From NCBI GenBank assembly GCA_022865905.1, contig JALHUM010000040.1, forward strand, positions 1 to 56,747: a stretch of 56,747 nucleotides of DNA, read 5' to 3'. Below, piece by piece: positions 1 to 8,543 of this stretch. The translations under genes were made by a program, and so were the position numbers. The stretch is from Anaerolineales bacterium. GTDB taxonomy: Bacteria; Chloroflexota; Anaerolineae; Anaerolineales; Villigracilaceae. A model generated the notes under the pieces. That model did no database searches and was not told the origin of the DNA. It was given only the letters and a program-made list of their open reading frames with translations. Numbering within the stretch: position 1 is the first letter of the stretch; every line of letters starts with the position of its first letter.

Positions 1-862
1 ATTTATCACCCTGCACCGAGACGACCGTGATCGTCCCACCCGCGAACCAGGGGCGGTGCAACTTGCCGAGCACTTGCCTGCGGGCGATCAGCGCTCCGAC
101 GCCGGTCGGGTAGCCAAACATTTTGTAGAACGAGACCGGCACGAAGTCCGGTTGGACTACGCTCAGGTCGAGGCGGTTGGTGGGGACGAAGGCGGCCGCG
201 TCCAGCAGCACGTCCCAGCCTTTGGTGTGGGCGCGCTCGATCCATTCGAGCGGGTGTTGCACGGCCGAGAAGTTGGATTGGGCCGGGTAAGCGAACAGGT
301 CCTTGCTCGAAGAGTGCTGTGCACAGGAGCCGGCCGAGAGGTCCAGGTACGCATCGAGCTGGCTTTCGTCCACGCGCAGTTCCGGCAGGGCGACCGGGAT
401 GTAGGTCACCTCCGCACCTTTGGCGTGGGCGAATTCGCGGATACCGTTGACCGAGTTGTGGTTGTCGAAGGTCAGCAGGTAGTGGCAGCCCTGTCCGAAG
501 GGATATGCCTCGCCGACCAGTTTGAGCGCGCCGCTGGCGTTCTGGGTGAAGATGACAACGTACTCTTCCGGCGAGGCGTTGAAGAATTGCAGAACGTACT
601 CGCGTGCGCTCTCGATCAGGCGGGTGACGGTCAGCGAGGTCGGGTTGGACGAATGCGGGTTGCCGAAGACGTTCTCGTCAAGCAGCTCGTGATGCCGGTG
701 GATCTGCGATTCGGCGTACAGCCCGCCGCCGGTGTAATCCAGGTAGATGTGGCCGAGCCGATCGAGGCGGGCATATTCACGCTGGCGCAATTCGTCAATG
801 TCGTGGGTGGTGTCGTAGAGGGGATAAGATTGGACGAAGTCGGCATAGGTTGGGTCGAACAT
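1..862 (-). CDS. class V aminotransferase-fold PLP enzyme (cysteine desulfurase / MOCOS N-terminal-domain-like), partial; C-terminus beyond left edge
   Basis: Hand translation of the minus strand from ATG 862-860 stays open to the window edge. It is absent from the ORF track because no stop lies in the window. Sequence: MFDPTYADFVQSYPLYD..LDYTGGGLYAESQIHRH..GNPHSSNPTS..VSFYKMFGYPTGVGALIARR..WFAGGTITVVSVQGDK. The + ORF 56..955 is its antisense shadow. Confidence 0.75.
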   Translation of the reverse strand, partial: MFDPTYADFVQSYPLYDTTHDIDELRQREYARLDRLGHIYLDYTGGGLYAESQIHRHHELLDENVFGNPHSSNPTSLTVTRLIESAREYVLQFFNASPEEYVVIFTQNASGALKLVGEAYPFGQGCHYLLTFDNHNSVNGIREFAHAKGAEVTYIPVALPELRVDESQLDAYLDLSAGSCAQHSSSKDLFAYPAQSNFSAVQHPLEWIERAHTKGWDVLLDAAAFVPTNRLDLSVVQPDFVPVSFYKMFGYPTGVGALIARRQVLGKLHRPWFAGGTITVVSVQGDK

Positions 863-908
863 GGCGATCTCCTCCTCCCGATTCTACCCTATGGGACACG
901 AATTATTT

Positions 909-1691
909 TTACTGCGCCGTATTACCCCCGTCCACGAGCAGGGTTGTGCCGGTGACGAAGGACGAGTCGTCGCAGGCCAGGAACAGCACGGCGCGGGCGA
1001 TCTCATCCGGGCGGCCAAAGCGTTTCATCGGCAGGTGACCGGCCTCGGCGACTGCCTGCTCGTAGGTCACCGCGCCCGAATCCTTGAAATAACCCTGTTC
1101 GATCCAGCGATCCACGAAGGTATCCCCCGGGCAGATGGCGTTGACGCGGACGCCCTCGGCGGCGTGGTCGAGCGCCATGCTCTTGGTCATCAGCACGACC
1201 GCGCCCTTGCTGGTGGCGTAAGCCAGCGCGTCCGCCGCCCCAACCACGCCCCAATCGGAGGCGTTGTTGACGATCACGCCCTTGCCCTGGGCACGCATGT
1301 GCGGCAGCGCTAGCCGGCTCATGCGCCAGACGGCGGTCACGTTGAGATTCATGAGATATGCCCAATCCTCCTCGGACGTTCCCTCCGCCGTGCCTTTCAT
1401 CACCACCCCGGCGTTGTTGAACAGGATGTCAATCCGTCCGAACTGGATGACGGTCTCGGCGACGACGCGTTCGCAATCTTCGAGTTTGCCGTGGTCAGCG
1501 ACGACAAAAGCGGAGCGGACGCCCCGACGCCTGATCTCTTCGGCGACGGCTTCGCCTAGTTCCACGCGGCGTCCCGTTATGACCACATCCGCGCCTTCTT
1601 CTGCAAAAACGAAGGCGGTTGCTTTACCGATGCCGGAGGTAGCGCCAGTGATGAGGGCGACTTTGCCAGTGAGTTTGCCGGTCATTGTCAT
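909..1691 (-). CDS. short-chain dehydrogenase/reductase (SDR) family oxidoreductase
   Basis: ORF 909..1742. TGKVALITGATSGIGKA Rossmann motif, NNAG, and Y-x3-K in AYATSKGAV. Start trimmed to the MTMTG ATGs (1691 or 1685) next to AAGGAG. Confidence 0.85.
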   Translation of the reverse strand: MTMTGKLTGKVALITGATSGIGKATAFVFAEEGADVVITGRRVELGEAVAEEIRRRGVRSAFVVADHGKLEDCERVVAETVIQFGRIDILFNNAGVVMKGTAEGTSEEDWAYLMNLNVTAVWRMSRLALPHMRAQGKGVIVNNASDWGVVGAADALAYATSKGAVVLMTKSMALDHAAEGVRVNAICPGDTFVDRWIEQGYFKDSGAVTYEQAVAEAGHLPMKRFGRPDEIARAVLFLACDDSSFVTGTTLLVDGGNTAQ

Positions 1692-1759
1692 CTCCTTGCT
1701 CTGAATGTCGTCAGGAGTCCGTTTTTTTATGAAGTGATTCAAGATTATGCGTCACTAAT

Positions 1760-1935
1760 GTCACCCTGAGCCCTTCGCCTGTCATTCTCCCGGAAGGACA
1801 CCGGGACGGTGTGAGCGAAGCGAAGAATCTCCTCGGCTCAGGGTAAACTCCGCGAAGGGTCTCCCGCCCTGCGGGCGGGGATTCTTCGCCCCTTCGGGGC
1901 TCCCTGGCCTAGCCCGCCAGGGCAGGCAGAATGAC
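1760..1935. repeat. compound palindromic intergenic repeat (GTCACCCTGAGC / GTCATTCT...AGAATGAC, GAAGAATCTCC core family)
   Basis: Fills the SDR-GNAT spacer. Shares the core strings GTCATTCT, CGAAGAATCTCC, GGTCTCCC/GAGACCC and CTCAGGGT with elements at 10568..10699, 36107..36290 and 55523..55653. The ORF 1782..2045 inside it is repeat-derived. Confidence 0.7.
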
Positions 1936-1956
1936 AACAAATGAAAAAACAGGTTC

Positions 1957-3090
1957 CTAATCAATCTGTTTCCTATAAATTCGGTAACGCTTGTAAATCT
2001 TTGCGCCCATGTGCGTGGCCAGCGGATAGGTATCTTCGTTGTCATCGCCGGTGATGGAAAGGTCAGCCCACATGTAGCCTTTGGCGGCGGCGCGTTTTGC
2101 CATTTCGTCGAAGAGCAGGACGGCCACGCCGGTATCCCAATATTCCGGCAGGACGAGCACGCTTTTGATCGCTACGCACTGCGGCTTGCGGCGCGAGTAC
2201 CAGAGCAGTTTCAGGTAATCCCAGGGATAGCGCAGCCCGTTGACGTGGATCAGGATCTCGTTGAAGTTCGGCACGCCGGGGAACCAGCCGACGGGTTGCC
2301 CGTCCATCTCGGCGAAGAGAACAAGCTCCGGGTCCACCACATCGCGCAGCGGAGCGACCATCCCCTCGATAGCCTCACGCGGCCAGGGCGTGAAATCTGG
2401 GAAATGCGCCAGCGCTTTGTTGGTCAGCTCGAGGATGCGGTCAATCTCGCCGTCCCACTCGTCCAGCCGCCCGCCGCGCACGGTGATATTCTTACGTGAG
2501 CGTATCTTCTCGGCCAGGCGCATCATGCGCTGCACCTGCGGCGTAGAGAGGTCAACGCTGATAGCGTAGGCCAGTCCGTCGCCGCCGAACTGTCCCATCC
2601 CGAAGCGCTCGAAGAATTCAGCGTAATAAGGCGGAGTGTGGCCGCACATCACGACGGGTGGACGGTCGCGGCCTTCCATCAGCAGGCCGCGTGAGTCGTC
2701 GCGGTCGAGGTTGTACGGGCCGTAGAGGGCGGTCAGGCCATGCGCCCGCGCCCAGTCTTCGGCTTGCCCAAGCAGCGCCTCGGCCACGGCGTAATCCTCG
2801 ACGCACTCGAAGAAGCCGATCATGCACTCGCCATGGCCGCGGCCGCGCGTGGCGGCCAAATCCTCGGCGCAGCAGATCGTGCCAACTGGCTCTCGTCCGC
2901 GCCAGGCGATGAAGAACTCGGCGTAGCCGTTCTTGAAAAAGAGGCCGCGCGCAGGATCAATCACTTTGGCACGTTCCGGTAAAAGCGGCGGCACCCATAG
3001 CAGGTCGCCTTTATAGATGCGCCACGGGAAGGTCAGGAAGAGTCGCTTTTCGCGGCGCGTCTGGACGGGTTTGACTTCGATCTCGTTCAT
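1957..3090 (-). CDS. GNAT-fold acyltransferase-like protein (377 aa)
   Basis: Intact ORF with a TAG stop. The C-terminal VLVLPEYWDTGVAVLLFDEMAKRAAAKGY resembles the acyl-CoA-binding segment of GNAT proteins. Family call by eye only. Confidence 0.55.
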   Translation of the reverse strand: MNEIEVKPVQTRREKRLFLTFPWRIYKGDLLWVPPLLPERAKVIDPARGLFFKNGYAEFFIAWRGREPVGTICCAEDLAATRGRGHGECMIGFFECVEDYAVAEALLGQAEDWARAHGLTALYGPYNLDRDDSRGLLMEGRDRPPVVMCGHTPPYYAEFFERFGMGQFGGDGLAYAISVDLSTPQVQRMMRLAEKIRSRKNITVRGGRLDEWDGEIDRILELTNKALAHFPDFTPWPREAIEGMVAPLRDVVDPELVLFAEMDGQPVGWFPGVPNFNEILIHVNGLRYPWDYLKLLWYSRRKPQCVAIKSVLVLPEYWDTGVAVLLFDEMAKRAAAKGYMWADLSITGDDNEDTYPLATHMGAKIYKRYRIYRKQID

Positions 3091-3100
3091 GGCTGTAGTC

Positions 3101-3955
3101 TCATAAGGCGATCAAGAGAATGGAGGCTAATCCCAAGAAGATGCCGATTGCCTGAAGGCGGGTAATGCGCTCTTTCAACACCAGCCGCGCCAGCGCCACT
3201 GTCGAGCCGGGGTACAGCGAGCCAAGCACGGCTGCCACGTCAAGGCGGCCAATCTGCCCGGCGAGGATGAAGAAAGCGTTACCCCCCACGTCCAGTATGC
3301 CGCTCAGAATGATCAGCGGCCAGCGACTACGCGCCAGATGCCAGGGCTGGCGCGTGACCAGTGCATAGACCAGCAGGCTGGCGATGGAAGTGATTCGCGA
3401 GGCGACAATCGGCCACAGGACGGATTCGCTCCCGGCCTGGTGCATGAAAACGAAAAACAGACCGAAGGTTAGGCCGGCTGCCAGCGGCAGGCGCAATTCT
3501 CCAAAGCGAAAAGTGGTTCCATCTTCGCCGCGTGAAATTAGCCAGATGGCCGCCAGCGCCAATGCGAAACCGAGGAGCGTCCATCTTCCCGCGAATCCTT
3601 CCACCACCGCACTGACCAGCACTGGGATGATGGCAGCCAGCAGGGCGGAAACCGGCGCGGCCACGCTCATCCGCCCGCTTGCTAGGGCGCGGTACAGGAT
3701 CGAGAGGCCAATCCCGCCGCACAGCCCAGCCGCTCCGCCCCACAGCCAGGCAGTCATGGACGGAACTGCCTCGCGGCTCAACCCCGCCAGAGCAAGCAGC
3801 AATGCCATCCCACTCGCCTGTCCGCAAATGACCACAACATGGGCGTCGGTGCGCCTGGAGGCCAGCCCGCCGTTGAAATCCGCCGCACCCCAGGTCAATG
3901 CCGAGAGGAGGCCAAAGAAGATGGTAAGCAAAGAGACTCCAAAGAAAATTAACAC
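3101..3955 (-). CDS. EamA/DMT-superfamily transporter
   Basis: 284 aa, about 10 predicted TM helices in two similar halves (..ALTWGAADFNGG.. and ..ILDVGGNAFF..), GTG start. The overlapping ORF 3327..4130 is an Arg/Pro-rich alternative frame. Confidence 0.8.
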   Translation of the reverse strand: MLIFFGVSLLTIFFGLLSALTWGAADFNGGLASRRTDAHVVVICGQASGMALLLALAGLSREAVPSMTAWLWGGAAGLCGGIGLSILYRALASGRMSVAAPVSALLAAIIPVLVSAVVEGFAGRWTLLGFALALAAIWLISRGEDGTTFRFGELRLPLAAGLTFGLFFVFMHQAGSESVLWPIVASRITSIASLLVYALVTRQPWHLARSRWPLIILSGILDVGGNAFFILAGQIGRLDVAAVLGSLYPGSTVALARLVLKERITRLQAIGIFLGLASILLIAL

Positions 3956-3982
3956 AACCCCCCGAAAAGCGGGGGCGAGAGG

Positions 3983-4024
3983 GCACGAAGGCGCACAAAT
4001 TTTTCCTCTTTGTGTTCCTTGGGC
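3983..4024. repeat. CACGAAGG..ACAAA / TTTGT..CCTTG palindromic repeat
   Basis: GCACGAAGGCGCACAAATTTTTCCTCTTTGTGTTCCTTGGGC. Same family as 45491..45538 and 51006..51072. Confidence 0.6.
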
Positions 4025-4062
4025 TGCCCTGGTGGCCAGGCCAGGGTGTCCTTTGTGGTGAA

Positions 4063-4932
4063 CTATACCTTCCCGGCGGTGTGCGCCCGCGCCAGCACAT
4101 TCTGGGCGGCCTTGACCAGCGGCATGTCAATCATCTTGCCATCCAGCGCAAACGCCCCGGACCCTTTGGCCTGATGCTCATCAAAAGCCTCCACCAACCG
4201 CCGCGCGTGGGCGATAGCCTCGTCATCCGGCGTGAAGGCCTCCTGCACCGGCGCGACCTGGTTGGGATGGATGATCTGTTTGCCAGTGTAACCCAGCAGC
4301 GCCCCATATTCGGCCTCGCGGCGAACTCTCTCGATGTCGCGAAAATCAATCGTCACCATGTCAATGGCATGCAAGCCATAAGCCGACGCGGCCGTGACCA
4401 CTGCGCTGCGCGCGTAGAAGACCTCCCAGGCTTCCGCGGTGCGTGTCGCGCCGACCGAGGCTGCGAAATCCTCCGCGCCGAAGATGAGGGCGTCCAAACG
4501 AGAATGGGATGCAATCTCTTTGAGATTAAGGATTCCCCTGGCAGTCTCCATGTCCACGATCAGGCGGATCGAGTTGACCGGCCAGCCGTTAGCGAGTTCG
4601 GCGGCTTCGATTTTCCCGCTTGCCCACTGGATTTGTTCCGGCGATTCGATTTTGGGAATGACAATGCCGTCAGGATGATGGGGCAAGACTGCCTCGATAT
4701 CATCCTTTTCCAGCCCTGAGCCGACAGGGTTGATGCGCGCCAATCGCTCAGACCGGCCAAAGTCCAGTTCCTGCAAGGCGCGGGCGATGGTGGCGCGCGC
4801 CTCGGCCTTGCGATTCAAAGCCACGCCGTCTTCCATGTCCATGCAGATGCAGTCCACGCCCAGGGTGAGGGATTTTTCGATCTTGTGCCGGTCATCGCCG
4901 GGTACGTAGAGCAGGGCGCGTCGGGCGCGCAT
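4063..4932 (-). CDS. HpcH/HpaI aldolase - citrate lyase beta subunit-like CoA-ester lyase (CitE/malyl-CoA lyase family)
   Basis: 289 aa. RRALLYVPGDD.., ..CMDMEDGVA.., ..IFGAEDFAASVG.., ..GKQIIHPNQV.. are typical CitE-family blocks. Confidence 0.8.
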   Translation of the reverse strand: MRARRALLYVPGDDRHKIEKSLTLGVDCICMDMEDGVALNRKAEARATIARALQELDFGRSERLARINPVGSGLEKDDIEAVLPHHPDGIVIPKIESPEQIQWASGKIEAAELANGWPVNSIRLIVDMETARGILNLKEIASHSRLDALIFGAEDFAASVGATRTAEAWEVFYARSAVVTAASAYGLHAIDMVTIDFRDIERVRREAEYGALLGYTGKQIIHPNQVAPVQEAFTPDDEAIAHARRLVEAFDEHQAKGSGAFALDGKMIDMPLVKAAQNVLARAHTAGKV

Positions 4933-5108
4933 GAAACTCCAATTCTAGGGGATTGCGGTGACTCTGTCGCCGCGTTTGTTTCCGAAATTCACGCCCTGAT
5001 GATAACATCTTTCCATGAAAAATAGGTGCAAAGCCACTATCATTTCGAGCATTTTCCGGTAAAATGGACTTGCCTGGCGCACAAAATCTACTCAAGGAGG
5101 AACAACGC

Positions 5109-6473
5109 ATGAGACCCGTGTATGCCATTTCGGGCGGGGTATCCAAGTTTGCCAAGTCCCGGCCCGACAAAACCTTTCAAGCGGTCATCAAAGAGGCGTA
5201 TGACTACGCCATCGCCGACATCGGCCTGGGCTTCGAGACGTTCACGCGCATCGTGGACGGTTCAGTGGCCTCGTATTTCTCGGACCACTTCACCCGCCAA
5301 CTGATGGCTGGCATCATGGCCCAGGATTACCTGGGGCTGTGCCCCAAGCCGGGCCACCGCGTGGAAGGCGGCGGCGCGACCGGCGGCATCTGTTTCCAGG
5401 AAGCCTGGAAGTCGGTCGCCAGCGGCCACATGGACGTGTGCGTGGCCTACGGTTTCGAGACCATGTCCCACGTGGAAACCTGGAAGGGCAACGAGTTCAT
5501 CGCCCTGGCCTCTGATGTTTCATTCGATTATCCCGTCGGGGGCTTCTATTCAGGTTACTACGCCATGATGGTGACGCGTCACATGAAAGAGTTCGGCACC
5601 ACCGTCGAGCAGCTGGCGCACGTCAGCGTCAAGAACCACATCAACGCCTATCACAATCCCTACGCCCAGAAGCGGGACCGCTACACCATCCAGGATGTGC
5701 GCAATGCTCCGATGGTGGCATGGCCGCTGACCCGCCTGGACATCTGCGTGATGTCCGACGGCGCGGCAGTGACGATCCTCGTCTCGGAGGAAGGCTTGCA
5801 GAAACTGGAAGCCGCCGGGGCGAAGATCACCCGTCCGCTCGTGCGCGTGACCGGCATCGGGCGCGGCACGGATGCCATGCGCATGGCCGACCGTCCGCAC
5901 TTCGACTACGACACCTTCATGCGCGATTATGCCACCGAGCAGGAAAAGAACTCGGACGAAACGCGCTCCTACTATAAAAAACTGTGGGAGCACGGCACGC
6001 GCTACCCGGGCATCCATTCCTTCCGCGCCGGACGAACGGCCGGTAACATGGCCTACAGGCACGCCGGGATTAAAGACCCGCTCCTCGAGCTGAACTTTGT
6101 CGAGCTGCACGACGCCTATACCTCCAGCGAAATCCAGACTTACGAGGATATGGGCCTGTGCCGCTATGGCGAGGGCGGCCCCTTCGCCGCCTCGGGCAAG
6201 GCCTTCATGCCCGGTCTGGACTATGGCCTGAAACTGCCCGAGAAGCCGGTCTGCCCCGTTAACCCCTCCGGCGGGTTGATCGCCTGCGGACACCCTGTCG
6301 GTGCGACCGGGTTGATGCAGGCCGTCTTCGCCATCTGGCAGTTGCAGGGCACGGTCAAGAAGCATTTCCGCGATGACAAGCTCCAGGTCAAGGATGCGGA
6401 GCGGGGCGCGATCCACTCGCACGCTGGTACCGGTACTTACGTCACCGTTTCTGTTCTGGAACGGGAAGGCTGA
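5109..6473 (+). CDS. thiolase-fold (SCP-x/Ltp-like) protein, apparently lacking the nucleophilic cysteine
   Basis: ORF 5064..6473, with the start moved to ATG 5109 preceded by AAGGAGG. C-terminal thiolase block NPSGGLIACGHPVGATGL is present. The position of the active-site C-A-S/T-G reads VEGGGATGG. See finding. Confidence 0.75.
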   Translation: MRPVYAISGGVSKFAKSRPDKTFQAVIKEAYDYAIADIGLGFETFTRIVDGSVASYFSDHFTRQLMAGIMAQDYLGLCPKPGHRVEGGGATGGICFQEAWKSVASGHMDVCVAYGFETMSHVETWKGNEFIALASDVSFDYPVGGFYSGYYAMMVTRHMKEFGTTVEQLAHVSVKNHINAYHNPYAQKRDRYTIQDVRNAPMVAWPLTRLDICVMSDGAAVTILVSEEGLQKLEAAGAKITRPLVRVTGIGRGTDAMRMADRPHFDYDTFMRDYATEQEKNSDETRSYYKKLWEHGTRYPGIHSFRAGRTAGNMAYRHAGIKDPLLELNFVELHDAYTSSEIQTYEDMGLCRYGEGGPFAASGKAFMPGLDYGLKLPEKPVCPVNPSGGLIACGHPVGATGLMQAVFAIWQLQGTVKKHFRDDKLQVKDAERGAIHSHAGTGTYVTVSVLEREG

Positions 6474-6550
6474 TTATGTTTTACGTTTCACGCTTTACGG
6501 GCAGCAAAAACGTAATGGTAGCCTTAGGCTACCATAATGCGAAAACATAA
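6474..6550. repeat. palindromic element (TTACGTTTCACGC ... ATGGTAGCC/GGCTACCAT core)
   Basis: Exactly fills the spacer between the thiolase stop and the DUF35 SD. Termini are TTATGTTTT..AAAACATAA. It shares TTACGTTTCACGC and the ATGGTAGCC..GGCTACCAT stem with 51751..51800. Confidence 0.65.
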
Positions 6551-6560
6551 GGAGACTCAC

Positions 6561-7112
6561 ATGGCTAAATTACCCTCTCGAAGAGAAGAAACCCTGGGCG
6601 GATACGTTGTCCACGGCCTGCCGTTCCCGGCCGATACCGACCCGGATTCGCTGGCTTTCCTAAAGAAGATGGCCCCCATCCTGATCGAGCAAGAATACAA
6701 AATTACTTACTTACATTCATACGGACAAGACAGCCCCTGGTTCGCTGGCCTGACCAACCGCCGCTTCCTGGGTAGCCAAGACACGAAGTCAGGCTACACC
6801 TACGCCAACCCGCGCGGCCATGACATGTTCAGCGGCGCAGAGACCGAGTGGATTGACATCACCGAGCGCCCGGCCAAAGTCCATGCCTTCACCGTCTGTC
6901 ACTTCGGTTCGGAGGAGTTCCTGCCAGAGTGCCCGTTCGTGTTGGCGTTGATCGAAATCGAGGGCGTGAACACGCTCTTCCTGACGCGGCTGATGGGCGT
7001 GGACCCCTACCAGGCCTCGCTGGATTGGATTGGCATGGAGGTGGGCCCGAATTTCCTGCGCAATTCCAAACTCAAGCCGACGGATGTCTATTTTTCGCCC
7101 CTGGAGAAATGA
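6561..7112 (+). CDS. DUF35-like OB-fold protein (thiolase partner)
   Basis: ORF 6537..7112, with the start moved to ATG 6561 after AAGGAG. The OB-fold segment ..KVHAFTVCHFGSEEFLPECPFVLALIEIEGVNTLFLTRLMGVDP..IGMEV.. sits immediately downstream of a thiolase-fold gene. The usual Zn-ribbon cysteines are not evident. Confidence 0.6.
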   Translation: MAKLPSRREETLGGYVVHGLPFPADTDPDSLAFLKKMAPILIEQEYKITYLHSYGQDSPWFAGLTNRRFLGSQDTKSGYTYANPRGHDMFSGAETEWIDITERPAKVHAFTVCHFGSEEFLPECPFVLALIEIEGVNTLFLTRLMGVDPYQASLDWIGMEVGPNFLRNSKLKPTDVYFSPLEK

Positions 7113-7152
7113 GTGACGAGGCGAATGCTTATAACATGTACTAAAAAAAACC

Positions 7153-7181
7153 TTGCATTTTGAATAAGTTTAGTGTATCAT
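7153..7181 (+). promoter_or_regulatory. sigma70-like promoter candidate (TTGCAT-17-TATCAT)
   Basis: TTGCAT at 7153..7158, a 17-nt AT-rich spacer, TATCAT at 7176..7181. It lies upstream of the class V aminotransferase gene. Confidence 0.4.
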
Positions 7182-7185
7182 AATG

Positions 7186-7226
7186 GCACGAACGCTTGGG
7201 TGCCCCCCTCACCCAGGCGTTCGTGC
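7186..7226 (+). promoter_or_regulatory. 16-bp stem-loop at the predicted 5' end of the transcript
   Basis: GCACGAACGCTTGGGT (7186..7201) pairs with ACCCAGGCGTTCGTGC (7211..7226), with one G-U pair and a 9-nt C-rich loop. No U-tract follows. Confidence 0.45.
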
Positions 7227-7268
7227 TTAATGGTTGCGCAGTCAGCAACTATAACTGGAGAAAACAAT

Positions 7269-8531
7269 ATGAGACTCGACATTGACGCCATACGAAAACA
7301 GTTCCCTTCTCTCGGCCGCCCGGCGATTTTCTTCGATAATCCCGGCGGTACGCAGATTGCCAAACAATCCCTCGACCGGATTACCAGATACCTGCTGGAG
7401 TGCAATGCCAATCACGATGGGGCTTTTGCCACCAGCGTCGCTTCAGACGCCATCCTGGACGAAGCCCACCGCGCCATGGCTGATTTCCTGAACGCCTGCG
7501 GGCCTGAGGAAATCGTCTTCGGTGCGAACATGACCACCTTGACCCTGTACATCAGCCGGTCCATTTCGCGGGGTTGGAAGGCTGGCGATGAGATCGTCGT
7601 GACCCGCCTGGATCACGATGCCAACGTCACGCCATGGGTGTTGGCCGCACAGGATCAAGGCTGCAAAGTTATTTGGGTGGATTTCCATCCCGAAGACGGC
7701 ACGCTGAACATGGAGGAGATGCAGGCCGCGCTGGAGCGTAAACCGCGCCTGATTGCCATTGGGTATGCTTCGAACTCACTGGGTACGATCAACCCGACGG
7801 CAAAGATCATCGAGATGGCGCACGCCGTCGGGGCGCTGGTCTACGTGGATGCAGTGCAGTATGCCCCGCACGGCCCGATTGATGTCCAGAAACTGGATTG
7901 CGATTTCCTGGTGTCCTCCGCCTATAAATTCTTTGGGCCCCATGCTGGTATCCTGTACGGCAAGCGCGAAATGATGGACGAATTGTTCGCCTACAAAGTC
8001 CGGCCGGCGACGAATGAGTTGCCCGGCAAGTTCGAGACCGGAACCCAAAACCACGAAGGGATTGCCGGTGTGCTGGGCGCGATCGAGTATTTCGAGTGGG
8101 TCGGGCGGGAATTCGGCTGCGAACACGTCGAGGGGTTGGCGGAAGATAGCTATCAGGGCCGCCGCATGGAATTGAAGAAGGCAATGACCGCTATCCGGTC
8201 GAATGAATTCGAACTCAGCCGTGCCCTGCTGGCTGCCCTGCAATCCATCCCCGGTTTGACCTTGTACGGACTTTCGGACGTGCGCCGCCTGGAACAGCGC
8301 GTGCCGACTTTTTCCTTCACGCTGAAAGGACAACATCCCCGGCAGGTGGCCGAGAAGTTGGCACAGAACGGCATCTACGTCTGGGATGGCAATTACTACG
8401 CCATAGGCGTCACGGAACGGCTCGAACTTGAGGAAAGGGGCGGCATGGTACGCGTCGGTGCGGTGCACTACAACTCGCTCGACGAAGTAGAAATGCTACG
8501 AGAGGCTCTGACCAGAATTGTTGCGGGGTGA
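7269..8531 (+). CDS. class V aminotransferase-fold cysteine desulfurase-family protein
   Basis: ORF 7173..8531, with the start moved to ATG 7269 (MRLDIDAIRKQFPSL..). Motifs: FFDNPGGTQ, TRLDHDANV, and the PLP lysine context VSSAYKFFGPH. Confidence 0.8.
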   Translation: MRLDIDAIRKQFPSLGRPAIFFDNPGGTQIAKQSLDRITRYLLECNANHDGAFATSVASDAILDEAHRAMADFLNACGPEEIVFGANMTTLTLYISRSISRGWKAGDEIVVTRLDHDANVTPWVLAAQDQGCKVIWVDFHPEDGTLNMEEMQAALERKPRLIAIGYASNSLGTINPTAKIIEMAHAVGALVYVDAVQYAPHGPIDVQKLDCDFLVSSAYKFFGPHAGILYGKREMMDELFAYKVRPATNELPGKFETGTQNHEGIAGVLGAIEYFEWVGREFGCEHVEGLAEDSYQGRRMELKKAMTAIRSNEFELSRALLAALQSIPGLTLYGLSDVRRLEQRVPTFSFTLKGQHPRQVAEKLAQNGIYVWDGNYYAIGVTERLELEERGGMVRVGAVHYNSLDEVEMLREALTRIVAG

Positions 8532-8543
8532 GGTTTGCAGGGT

